A stretch of 60,885 nucleotides of DNA, filler included, from Candidatus Babelota bacterium (GTDB lineage: Bacteria > JAGOBX01): assembly GCA_017999075.1 (NCBI GenBank). It is 11 parts of 11 records of this genome, joined end to end, with 100 filler letters (N's around TTAATTAATTAA, not from the genome) between each part and the next. Parts side by side here need not be neighbours in the genome. Positions count along the whole stretch, not along the records: positions 1 to 4,090 come from JAGOBX010000384.1; positions 4,191 to 8,276 come from JAGOBX010000385.1; positions 8,377 to 27,928 come from JAGOBX010000011.1; 8 more parts are not named here. One strand, written 5' to 3'. Position 1 is the first letter of the stretch, and every line of letters starts with the position of its first letter. The notes beneath the pieces were generated by a model. That model made no database searches. It worked only from the letters and a program-made list of their open reading frames with translations, and was not told the origin of the DNA. A program made the translations under genes and the position numbers. Below are positions 1 through 9,466 of the stretch, in pieces.

Positions 1-11
1 AATTGTATAAA

Positions 12-1661
12 TTATAAAGTATCATAAATCGGAATTAGTTTGTCGGAACCTTTGAATTTTATTGGTTCGAGCTGCTGAAAAGTATAGTGTTCTGAATTTT
101 GTGAAAAAGTTTTATCGCAGACATATATTTTTTTTGCAGGAGTTGAAGAACATATTCTTGAAGCAAGGTTAACTGCGCTTCCGATTATAGTGTAATCCAT
201 ACGTTCCTGTGAACCGATATTTCCCGCTATTACAGGACCTGTACTTATACCTATTCCTATATCTATGCGTACTCCGAATCGCTGCATCCAGGAATTATTT
301 GCTTTTTCAAGTTCTGTCATGAATTCCTTGGCTGAATTTATTGCGTTTGCAGAATCGCAATCATAAGAAACCGGAGCGCCGTACACAGCCATAACAGCAT
401 CGCCTATAAATTTATCAATCGTACCTTTGTGCTTGAAAACAATTTCCACCCATATAGAAAAATATTCATTAAGTATGGTTACGAGTATGTCAACCGGGGT
501 AGCAATTGAAAGTTTTGTAAAACCGCGTATATCAGCGAAAAGAATTGAAACTTCTGCTGAACATCCTCCGAGTTTAGTGGAAAATTCAGGATTTTTGATA
601 ACAATATCGGCAACATCAGGAGAAAGATACCGAGACAGTTTTGACCGTATATTTTCTTCTTGTTTTAATGCTTCCATCAGGTTCAGGCGTTCTATTGATA
701 TTGAAAGCTGATTGGCAAAAGCTGTAAGAAATTTTAATTCTTCATCAGTGAACTGAACAGAGCTTACAGAATTAGTAATATAAATTAATCCTATAGTTTT
801 ATCATTAGTCCAAATCGGCGCGCACATAGCCGACATTATTTTGAGACTGGCAATGCTTTGGCTTGAAGCAAAACGTTCGTCACAGCTTGCGTCTAATGTT
901 ATTATTGACGATTGTTCATCAATAACAAATTTCGCTAAAGTTTTACTTATTTTAGCTTCTTCGTGTGATGCTGAATTGGCAACACAGTTAAAAAAACCGT
1001 TTTCATACATTAGAATATATCCGTGTTCGTATTTTAATCCTTTGCTAATCCATTTAAGTGTTGCATCGTATAATTCCTGTTTGGAAAAAATGGTATTAAG
1101 TTCTTTAGACATTTCATAAATTATTGAAAGTTTGTTGAATTCTTTATTTGACCGGTTGTTTTCATTATCAGAAAGAAGTGTATTGATATTCAGTTTTTTT
1201 TTATCAATATCTTTAAAACTTATTTTAGTTATTATAGTGTTTGAAAGATCGTTTGAGCGATCACATGAAAAATCATTATTAATGTCGAATGATTGAGTAT
1301 TATTTGCTGCTGCTGATTTTCTGATAAAATGATCCGGTCCGTGTTGAGCAAGATTGAAAAGTTCTGATTCCGGAATATCAGTTATATAACTGTTGCGCAT
1401 GCCTATAAAAAAGAATTGTCCCTGAGATAATTCTGCAGAACCTGAAATTTTTTTTTCATTAACAGTAATACCGTTTCTGCTGTTTAAATCAGTGATTATT
1501 ATTTTATCCGCAGAAATGGTTATCTGGCAATGTGTTCCTGATATTGTGGAATCTTTTATTATTATGTCATTTGTATCTTTTCTTCCAATAGTATAAGTTT
1601 TGTTGTTATTTAGAATATAAATGTTTTCTTCAGAACCGAATTGAATAATCAAAGCTTTCAT
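12..1661 (-). CDS. FHA-GAF-class III adenylate cyclase
   Basis: N-terminal FHA motifs (IGR..., SGTH, DLNSRNG), central GAF (SAMCAPI...IGLIY), cyclase motifs FADIRGFT, DKFIGDAVMA, GNIGS..RMDYTIIGSAVNLASR. The ORF track starts at 1685; ATG at 1661 (MKALII) has an AGGTGA SD-like site and is the likelier start. Confidence 0.9.
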   Translation of the reverse strand: MKALIIQFGSEENIYILNNNKTYTIGRKDTNDIIIKDSTISGTHCQITISADKIIITDLNSRNGITVNEKKISGSAELSQGQFFFIGMRNSYITDIPESELFNLAQHGPDHFIRKSAAANNTQSFDINNDFSCDRSNDLSNTIITKISFKDIDKKKLNINTLLSDNENNRSNKEFNKLSIIYEMSKELNTIFSKQELYDATLKWISKGLKYEHGYILMYENGFFNCVANSASHEEAKISKTLAKFVIDEQSSIITLDASCDERFASSQSIASLKIMSAMCAPIWTNDKTIGLIYITNSVSSVQFTDEELKFLTAFANQLSISIERLNLMEALKQEENIRSKLSRYLSPDVADIVIKNPEFSTKLGGCSAEVSILFADIRGFTKLSIATPVDILVTILNEYFSIWVEIVFKHKGTIDKFIGDAVMAVYGAPVSYDCDSANAINSAKEFMTELEKANNSWMQRFGVRIDIGIGISTGPVIAGNIGSQERMDYTIIGSAVNLASRICSSTPAKKIYVCDKTFSQNSEHYTFQQLEPIKFKGSDKLIPIYDTL

Positions 1662-1668
1662 TTTATCG

Positions 1669-2409
1669 TCACCTGCCGAATTCAAGCCGTTCGCCTAATT
1701 TATGAGGCAACCCGGCATTAATAATAGATTTTTTGGCTGATTCTATATCATAAGCTACTCTGCGGTTTTCTACTTTCATTTCAGAATTATCAAAAATTAA
1801 ATATGAAGCGTAAGGATTTTTATCCCGGGGTTGACCGACGCTTCCTGAATTTATTATATATTTATATTTAGTTATATCTAGTCTGAACGTTTTGTTTTCT
1901 GAAAAATTAAAGACTTCAACGCTTCCGGTTTCAGGATTATATTGGAAAATAATAGGGATATGAGTGTGTCCTATAAAACATACGGGTTTGTATATATATT
2001 TGAAATTTATACTTGCTGTTATTGAATTAGTAATATAATCAGTAAGAGGATTTGTCATGGAACCGTGAGCTATTTGAAAATTATCGAAACTCATTGTAGG
2101 AGATAGGGTTCCGAGATATTCATAATTTTCAGGAGATATAACTTTTCGGGAATAGACTACTGCTTCAATAGCATTCGGATTGAAATTTGAAGTATTTATT
2201 TTATCTATAACGCCCCAATCATGATTACCGGGTATTACGTAATCGCATACGTTTCTTATTCTCGAAATTGTTTCATTTACAAAAACTCCGTAACCTATAC
2301 AATCCCCCAAACAAATATATTTTTCAGGCATAAAAGTTTTCGCATCATTAAGAATTGATTCAAGAGCATGCAAATTGGAATGAATATCAGAAATAATACA
2401 ATACTTCAT
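1669..2409 (-). CDS. Calcineurin-like metallophosphoesterase (YfcE/MJ0936-like family)
   Basis: Motifs DIHSN, GDCIGYG, GNHD, HGS, GHTH, NSGSVGQPRD. Confidence 0.9.
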   Translation of the reverse strand: MKYCIISDIHSNLHALESILNDAKTFMPEKYICLGDCIGYGVFVNETISRIRNVCDYVIPGNHDWGVIDKINTSNFNPNAIEAVVYSRKVISPENYEYLGTLSPTMSFDNFQIAHGSMTNPLTDYITNSITASINFKYIYKPVCFIGHTHIPIIFQYNPETGSVEVFNFSENKTFRLDITKYKYIINSGSVGQPRDKNPYASYLIFDNSEMKVENRRVAYDIESAKKSIINAGLPHKLGERLEFGR

Positions 2410-2445
2410 ACTTGATTTAATACCGGATTATTTTTATAGTTTTTA

Positions 2446-2474
2446 ATATTAACATCAAACAATTTTTTTGTCAA
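2446..2474 (-). promoter_or_regulatory. Putative sigma70 promoter for the phosphoesterase-cyclase operon
   Basis: Minus strand TTGACA-17 nt-TAATAT with TG extension; the AT-rich background lowers specificity. Confidence 0.45.
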
Positions 2475-2535
2475 TTTTTTATTTGTCTGAAATTATTTCT
2501 TTCAAAATTTACGAGTAAAATAAAAATCTATTCTT

Positions 2536-4020
2536 TTATTCCGAACTTCCGGGGATCCATTTTTCCAGAAGTTTTTTAAATGTCCCGTCTTGTTTTATTT
2601 CGTCAAAAGCGTTTTGCCATAACTTTAAGGTTTTTTCCGGAGTTCCGGCAGAAATGGCAACATAAAATTCATATTTTTTTATTGTATAAAGTTTTGACAG
2701 GTCATTTATAGAAAAACCTGCTTTGCTGAATATTTCAGGAGCAGTCATGTCAGTAAAAACCCCGGCATCCACTTTTCCTTCATACACCCATTTTCCGCAT
2801 TCCACAGGATCAGGGGTTTTAGTTAAATTCTGGAAATTTTCTTTAAGAAGTAATTCCTGTGAAAACCATCCGTTTACAGTGCCGATTGATTTTAATTTTT
2901 TAGCTTCTTCCAAAGAAGATATTTTTATATTTGAATCTTTTTTTGAATATAAATTATCATTATAACTGCCGATAGGCCCCAACCAATGAAATAAATTTTC
3001 TCTTTTTTCAGTCCTTGTCGTAGAAAACAAAACCACATTAGGATTTATCAGAGCAAGCTGATAAGCGTCATCCCAGTACATGAGTTTTATATTATTTGGA
3101 ATACCAAGTTTTTTGATTATTTCTTCCACAACTTCAGTTGCGAGTCCTGTTATTTTGCCGTCTTTTTCAAAGGTTATCGGCGGATAATCTTCAGTAACAA
3201 GCTGTAAAATATCAGGAGCGAAATAATTATAATCAGGGTATGCTTTTCTGTAAAATTCATGAAATTCTCCGGTTTTTTTTAAATAATCTATTTTTTCCTG
3301 CCATAAATTTATTGTTTCATCAGGTGTATTGATATTAAAAGCTACATATAAAAGTGCAGTGTTCGAAGTGAAAACTTTTTGAACATCATTCATTTTTTTG
3401 TTAAGTATTTTCATAAAAATAGGAAAAGCATAAGAATTTGAAGCATATAACGAAATTTCTTTGTTGAATAATTTATGAATGCCGTCATAATCGTCTTTTA
3501 CATAAACCAGATTAGTGAATCCTGCATTTTTTAAAGCCTGCTCATTGAAATAATCTTTAAGCACTCCTATTGATTGGATCTTTTTTAAATCTTCGAAATT
3601 TTTTATTTTGAAATTTGAATCTTTTAGCGCAAACATAGAATTATCTACTGTTCCGATAGGACCTGCCCATTTGAATAATTTTTTTCTTTCAGGCGTTAAT
3701 GCAGTAGAAATTAATACTGCATTAGAATCAGTTAATGTTTTTTGGTAAGATATATCCCATGGCAATATTTCTATGGTGTCATTTGAGTTAATTAGTTTTA
3801 AGATTTGATTGACGATTTCAATGTCAGGAGCTACAACAACAGTTTCTCCGTTTTCAAAATAAATCATAGGTTCTTCAGCATAAATATTGAAATTTGAAAT
3901 TGCATAATAAGGTTCATCTGATTTTTTTAAATTTTCTGAAAATATTGAAAATGGAAAAATCAATAATAAAAATAGCGTTAATATTTTTTTGTAACTTGTT
4001 TTGATTGAAAATTCAGACAT
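2536..4020 (-). CDS. Secreted protein with two tandem amino-acid-type (family 3) solute-binding domains
   Basis: Signal peptide; internally duplicated motifs (TALTPERKKLFKWAGPIG / TTRTEKRENLFHWLGPIG; EDYPP; DGTFKKLLEKW); GGAGG SD upstream. Confidence 0.85.
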   Translation of the reverse strand: MSEFSIKTSYKKILTLFLLLIFPFSIFSENLKKSDEPYYAISNFNIYAEEPMIYFENGETVVVAPDIEIVNQILKLINSNDTIEILPWDISYQKTLTDSNAVLISTALTPERKKLFKWAGPIGTVDNSMFALKDSNFKIKNFEDLKKIQSIGVLKDYFNEQALKNAGFTNLVYVKDDYDGIHKLFNKEISLYASNSYAFPIFMKILNKKMNDVQKVFTSNTALLYVAFNINTPDETINLWQEKIDYLKKTGEFHEFYRKAYPDYNYFAPDILQLVTEDYPPITFEKDGKITGLATEVVEEIIKKLGIPNNIKLMYWDDAYQLALINPNVVLFSTTRTEKRENLFHWLGPIGSYNDNLYSKKDSNIKISSLEEAKKLKSIGTVNGWFSQELLLKENFQNLTKTPDPVECGKWVYEGKVDAGVFTDMTAPEIFSKAGFSINDLSKLYTIKKYEFYVAISAGTPEKTLKLWQNAFDEIKQDGTFKKLLEKWIPGSSE

Positions 4021-4090
4021 AATCTAAAAATCCCTCCGTAAAATAAAAATTAATCATGGCAAAATAATAAAATCGAATATTGTTAAGAAA

Positions 4091-4190
4091 NNNNNNNNNN
4101 NNNNNNNNNNNNNNNNNNNNNNNNNNNNNNNNNNTTAATTAATTAANNNNNNNNNNNNNNNNNNNNNNNNNNNNNNNNNNNNNNNNNNNN
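4091..4190. other. Artificial contig linker (N44-TTAATTAATTAA-N44)
   Basis: N runs around a six-frame stop cassette. Confidence 0.99.
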
Positions 4191-4191
4191 G

Positions 4192-6504
4192 GATATTACT
4201 GCTGTTAACTTTGATTATTCGAATACTCAATCTGTTTTGTTTAAGGAAGGTCTTCCTGCAAAAGTATATAATGTCGGAAATAAAAATCTAAATCCCGGCG
4301 ATTCTAATGTCTTAATCCTTGATTTTGAAGTTTCTACTTCGTTTGACAATGATATACTTAATAAAATTATCGTAACCGCTGATAATTCCGGAAATTATAA
4401 TTTATCTGATATTAAGAAATTAAAGTTGTGGATGGAAACCGGAAACCAGTCTTTCAGCTCAAGTTCTGATTTGATGATATCTGAATTGAATTATAATTCG
4501 GGGTCAGGTTCCGCTGAATTTGATAATCTTAACATTCCTCTTTCGAAATCTGCTTATAAACGTTTTTATGTAACTTATGACATTGATACTTATGTCAGAT
4601 TCAGCGACAATAATTTGCTTAATGCGTATATTCCAAGAAAAGGAATTTACAGCGTTTATGCATCGAATTATTACAAACTCGATTCTCCTGGAAATGCTTA
4701 TCTGAGAATTTTTTATAAATCACTTTCAGTTGCTTCTGATTCTATTTCAAGATCTAACGAGCCATTTGACTTCACCGTTTCCGCGAATGATTCGTTTGGT
4801 AATTATGATAAAGATTATAATAAAACAATCTCTATTTCTGTTTTGCCGGGCATCTCAAATATCTCTAAATCATTAACTGTTGATTTGTATCCGTTTAAAC
4901 AATCTGATAACGGGTATAAATTGTTTGATAATTCTTGCACATTGTTTTTGAAAGGTGAATATTTTATTACGGTTTACGATGGAACTGATTCCGCTGTAAG
5001 TAATAAAATTTTTGTAAAACCTGGATTCACTGAATCTTTCAGCATATTTGATTATGACACGATTTACTTTGAAAATGTTAAAACAGGAATTTTTAAAATT
5101 ACAGCTTATGACAATTATGGTAATTTAAGCGATACTTCTGAAAATTTCAGATTTGAAATATTGTCTAAATCTGAAACTACAGCTTATGCAGTTGTCTTGA
5201 ATTCTGATAATAACAGCGTTGTAACTTATAATTTCACATTGCCTGGCACAGCAGGAGACTGGTATGTTATTAGAGTTATTTCTTTGAATTCATTAAAAAC
5301 TGTTATATCGCAACCATTGTATATTATAAGTCCTGATACTGTTTCGCCGGTACCACCTGAATTGTATATTTCATCTATTGAATATGAAATGGATGCTAAA
5401 GTTACCATACGTTTTGCTAATTCTGTCGATACTGACGTAAGATATTATGTGATATTGAGATCTGATAATTATAATTCTGTATTCTATGACACACTTTCAG
5501 GAAATCCTGTTTATCCGGTTTATGAAGATATAAATTTATTTACAGATAGTGATGTTGTTAATGGAAAAAAATATTATTATACGGTTTATGCAGTTGATTT
5601 TGCCGGAAATATCGGAGATACTTCAATGGTTAAGGAAGGTATTCCTAATAATGTTAATCCTGCGTCTCCTTCAGGACTTATGGCTGAACCTCTTCCTCAG
5701 GGAAACAGCGTGAAACTTACGTGGAATAATAATTCTGAAGTTGATTTACAAGGTTATACGATTCATAGGCGAAGTGATTTTGATACAATGTTTTTAACAG
5801 AACAAAACGATGCTGTAACTGTGGTTTATGCTCCTATAAATGAATTTGTTGACACAGGTCTTGAAAACCTTAAAACATATTATTACAAAATAAAATCATT
5901 CGATAATTCATTGCCGCCTAATTACAGCGGATATTCTCAGATTACTGCTATGGCTACGCCTTATGATATTCAGCCTCCTTATAAACCTGATACTTTTACA
6001 CTGAACATTGATTATAATTTTATATCTTTGAAATGGAATAAATCAAAATCTGATGATGTTGCTTATTATCAGATTTTCAAATCGGACAAAGAAGAAGATG
6101 CGATGGAAATTTTGTATGATACTGTTCCATCTAATGTTTTAAATTATAATGATTATAATTGTCAGGAAAACAAAAAATATTATTATACAATACGATGCGT
6201 TGATTCTTCAAACCTTACAAGCGAATTTTATAATGTTAATAGTATTGTTTATGCCGATACTATTCCTCCGAACCCTGTAAGTTCTATAACAGTTTTAACT
6301 GATACAATTTCTTTGTCTGTAAATATTTCATGGACAGATAATAATAATTTTGGTAATGATACTTTGCTTTATAACATCTACAGAAATGACGTGATTATTG
6401 ACACGAAATTTTCCGTTGACGCCATATCAGACAGAAATATTCAATATAACAAAACCTATACTTATAAAGTTTCTATAACTGATAATGCAGGATTGAAATC
6501 TTAG
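4192..6504 (+). CDS. Large fibronectin type III repeat surface protein, N-terminal part (5'-truncated by contig edge; ends at an in-frame TAG)
   Basis: Frame is open from the contig start. Repeated FN3 signatures (W...DV..Y.IYR...F.D..V.NG..YYY.V.A.D..GN.S). Confidence 0.8.
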   Translation, partial: DITAVNFDYSNTQSVLFKEGLPAKVYNVGNKNLNPGDSNVLILDFEVSTSFDNDILNKIIVTADNSGNYNLSDIKKLKLWMETGNQSFSSSSDLMISELNYNSGSGSAEFDNLNIPLSKSAYKRFYVTYDIDTYVRFSDNNLLNAYIPRKGIYSVYASNYYKLDSPGNAYLRIFYKSLSVASDSISRSNEPFDFTVSANDSFGNYDKDYNKTISISVLPGISNISKSLTVDLYPFKQSDNGYKLFDNSCTLFLKGEYFITVYDGTDSAVSNKIFVKPGFTESFSIFDYDTIYFENVKTGIFKITAYDNYGNLSDTSENFRFEILSKSETTAYAVVLNSDNNSVVTYNFTLPGTAGDWYVIRVISLNSLKTVISQPLYIISPDTVSPVPPELYISSIEYEMDAKVTIRFANSVDTDVRYYVILRSDNYNSVFYDTLSGNPVYPVYEDINLFTDSDVVNGKKYYYTVYAVDFAGNIGDTSMVKEGIPNNVNPASPSGLMAEPLPQGNSVKLTWNNNSEVDLQGYTIHRRSDFDTMFLTEQNDAVTVVYAPINEFVDTGLENLKTYYYKIKSFDNSLPPNYSGYSQITAMATPYDIQPPYKPDTFTLNIDYNFISLKWNKSKSDDVAYYQIFKSDKEEDAMEILYDTVPSNVLNYNDYNCQENKKYYYTIRCVDSSNLTSEFYNVNSIVYADTIPPNPVSSITVLTDTISLSVNISWTDNNNFGNDTLLYNIYRNDVIIDTKFSVDAISDRNIQYNKTYTYKVSITDNAGLKS

Positions 6505-8276
6505 GTTGTTCAGGCTGCTTCTGTTTCAACTGAAGTGGTTCCGGACAGTATAACTGATTTTAAAATTTCTTCTGACAGCGGTATTGTGAAATTGAATTGG
6601 TCTGATTATTCAATAAAAAACAATGATGTTAAAAATTATATGATTTACAGAAAATTGTCTGATGATATAGAATTTGACACGATTTTTGCTGCTGATTCGG
6701 GAATTAAAGAATTTTTTGATACTTCAGTTGTTAATGATACTTATTATTACTATTGTGTTTCTGTCTTTGATTTATCCGGAAATTTTAGTGGAAAATCGAA
6801 TGTACTTGAAGCTTATCCTCAGATGGTAGATACTGTTCCGCCGGTTCCTGTCTCAAATTTTAGAATTGTAAATGGAATAAAGCAGATTCAATTATATTGG
6901 TCGCCGTCTATTTCCGGAGATGCGTCTTATTATAAAGTTTACCGCACAAAAAATTTGAGTGATACGTCTAATCCTAATAATGATATCGCTACTTTAATGC
7001 CTGATGATACTATGTATATTGATGCGTCTAATCTGGATTTGTGGGAAACTTATTATTATGTTGTAAATGTTTTTGACAACGCATATCCTGTTCAGAACAG
7101 CAGTTTCTCTGAAGTTTTATCAGGAATAGCAGAAGATGATGATACTGTTCCTCCGGTTTTATCAGGGTTTGTTAAAATAGCGTCAGATACCTATGGAATT
7201 ATTATTGATTGGATTGCAGCTGTAGATTCTTCGTCTGCAATAACATATAAAATTTACAGAAATAATATTCTGATAGCAGAACTTGTGAATTTTGATTATT
7301 ATTACGATTCTGCAGAATTAAATTATAATCAGGTATTGTATTATGATTTTGTTTATAATTATAAAATATTTGCAGTAGATAAATCTATGAATTATTCTAT
7401 ACCTATTGAATCTCAGGTTTATTTTGTCGATTATCTCGCTCCTTATGTTGAACATTCGCCTGTAACTGAAATTACTGAAAATAATAAAATTGTTATAACT
7501 GCAAAAATTACTGATAAATATTCTTTTGTTCTTCCGGTCGGAAAAGTTCAGTATTATCATTCTGTTGCACCTGATGTGATAAAAGAAATTCCTCTTAATT
7601 ATTCTACAACTTTTACAGGAGAAATCCCTGCGACTGATGTTAATGCTGGAATATTATATTACCGGATAATTGCTGATGACGTCAGCATTTATTCGTTGTC
7701 TTCATATTATCCTGTAAATGAATCTTATTTCGCAGTTATCGTTGATAAAACACCTGTTTTAATTACTGATACTTCCGCTCCTGTGCTGCAATATGTTCAG
7801 GATACTTTTGTATTGACCGCCGGAGAAACGTTTGTTCTTACAGTAAAAGCTTATGACAACTCCGATTCCCAAAATCTTTCGATAAAACTTTATTTTGGTC
7901 TTGATGCTTTCAATGAAGAAATTCAGTTTGTAAGAATTTCTCCTGAATACTGGATATGCAATCTTTATACTTATAATAGAAATTCCGGCGTTTATAAATT
8001 TTATATCTCTGCAACTGACGATTCGGGAAATATAGGATATGTGATTGAAAACGGCGACACTAAAAATGCAGATAATCCTTTTAAAATTAAAATTTGGGCT
8101 AAACCTGAAAATTTGCGTACAGTAATAAATTATCCTAACCCATGGCCTGATCCTAATAATCCGGATTTGCCTATTACTATACGGAATTTACCTATGGATA
8201 AAGGTATGACTATAAAAATTTTTACAATTTCAGGTGAATTTGTCCGCGAATTGAAGTTTGGTCAGGAAATTTCCGG
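6505..8276 (+). CDS. FN3 repeat protein continuation with C-terminal secretion/FlgD-Ig-like tail (same frame as upstream ORF; 3'-truncated)
   Basis: Same reading frame directly after TAG 6502-6504; further FN3 repeats; C-terminal INYPNP...TIKIFTISGEFVREL motif typical of T9SS-CTD/FlgD-Ig tails. Confidence 0.75.
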
Positions 8277-8376
8277 NNNNNNNNNNNNNNNNNNNNNNNN
8301 NNNNNNNNNNNNNNNNNNNNTTAATTAATTAANNNNNNNNNNNNNNNNNNNNNNNNNNNNNNNNNNNNNNNNNNNN
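8277..8376. other. Artificial contig linker
   Basis: N44-TTAATTAATTAA-N44. Confidence 0.99.
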
Positions 8377-8471
8377 ACCTATAATATTACTGAATTATAT
8401 AAAAAAAACAAGAACTAAAAATACAAAACCTTAAAATTAAAAAAAATAAGAATTTCCAAATAATTTTTTAT

Positions 8472-9455
8472 TCAGTTAATTTTATTTATAATTCGTTTAT
8501 ATCCAAGTCCATCAATTTTTAATTTTGAGTTAATACTTAAATTTAATCTTGTTTTGTAATCTGATATTTTTATAAAAAAATCGTTTAATTTAGTTACAAA
8601 ATCATCAGGATTAAAAATGCCGGCATTTAAAATACAATTATTATAAAAATTTGAATTTCTAAGTTGTTCTGAATTTTGGTTGATGACTATAGAAGGAGTG
8701 CCTGTACACATTGTTTCATATAAAGATATACCGCCGCTAATAACAGCAATATCAGAATTATAATATAATTTAGCGAGTTCTGCCGAATTTAATTCTGGTT
8801 TTATTATGTGAATATTTTTTTGAGGTTTCATGGAGTTAATTTTTTCAGATGCAGTAATTAAAGTTATTTTCCAGTTATAAAAGTTTATATTTTTCAAATT
8901 AGAAATTAAAAATTCTGCTATTCCTGCTGGATCTGATCCTCCGAAAAATAGAATAACACTTTTAATTTTTTTTCTGATTTTTTTCTGTTTTTTATTTATT
9001 TTTGAATAAACCGGATTTAACAAAATAAATTTTTCTCCGAACAACCTGTTTCTTGAAGATTTTTCATTATGTATATTTGCATCAATCAGTAAATCGACTG
9101 AATTTCTACCGCTGCCTAAATCATCAATTGATATTATTTTTAATCCGATTGATTTTAATTTTTTAACATATTCAAGGTCAGTATCTTTAATGTCTAATAC
9201 AATAACATTTTTTTTTGAAGAATTATGTTTGGACAATATTTTTTTTATAATATTGAATTCTTCTCCAGATTTATTGAAAGCTAAAAAATTTTTAAATTTC
9301 AGCAATCCGGAAAATTTATTAAAAAATAAATTATCACGTTTTATTAGTAATATTTTTTCGGAATTGTTTTCATTAATCAAATCATACAGCATCAAACATC
9401 TAAATAAATGTCCGGATCCAAAAAATTTATTAATATTAAATCTTAAAATAATCAT
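8472..9455 (-). CDS. PseG/SpsG-like nucleotide-sugar hydrolase/GT-B protein (pseudaminic/legionaminic acid pathway type)
   Basis: G.GHLFRC..L, IISIDD, FGGSDP, GGISLYE...GTP motifs. Confidence 0.75.
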   Translation of the reverse strand: MIILRFNINKFFGSGHLFRCLMLYDLINENNSEKILLIKRDNLFFNKFSGLLKFKNFLAFNKSGEEFNIIKKILSKHNSSKKNVIVLDIKDTDLEYVKKLKSIGLKIISIDDLGSGRNSVDLLIDANIHNEKSSRNRLFGEKFILLNPVYSKINKKQKKIRKKIKSVILFFGGSDPAGIAEFLISNLKNINFYNWKITLITASEKINSMKPQKNIHIIKPELNSAELAKLYYNSDIAVISGGISLYETMCTGTPSIVINQNSEQLRNSNFYNNCILNAGIFNPDDFVTKLNDFFIKISDYKTRLNLSINSKLKIDGLGYKRIINKIN

Positions 9456-9466
9456 TTTTAAAAAAC

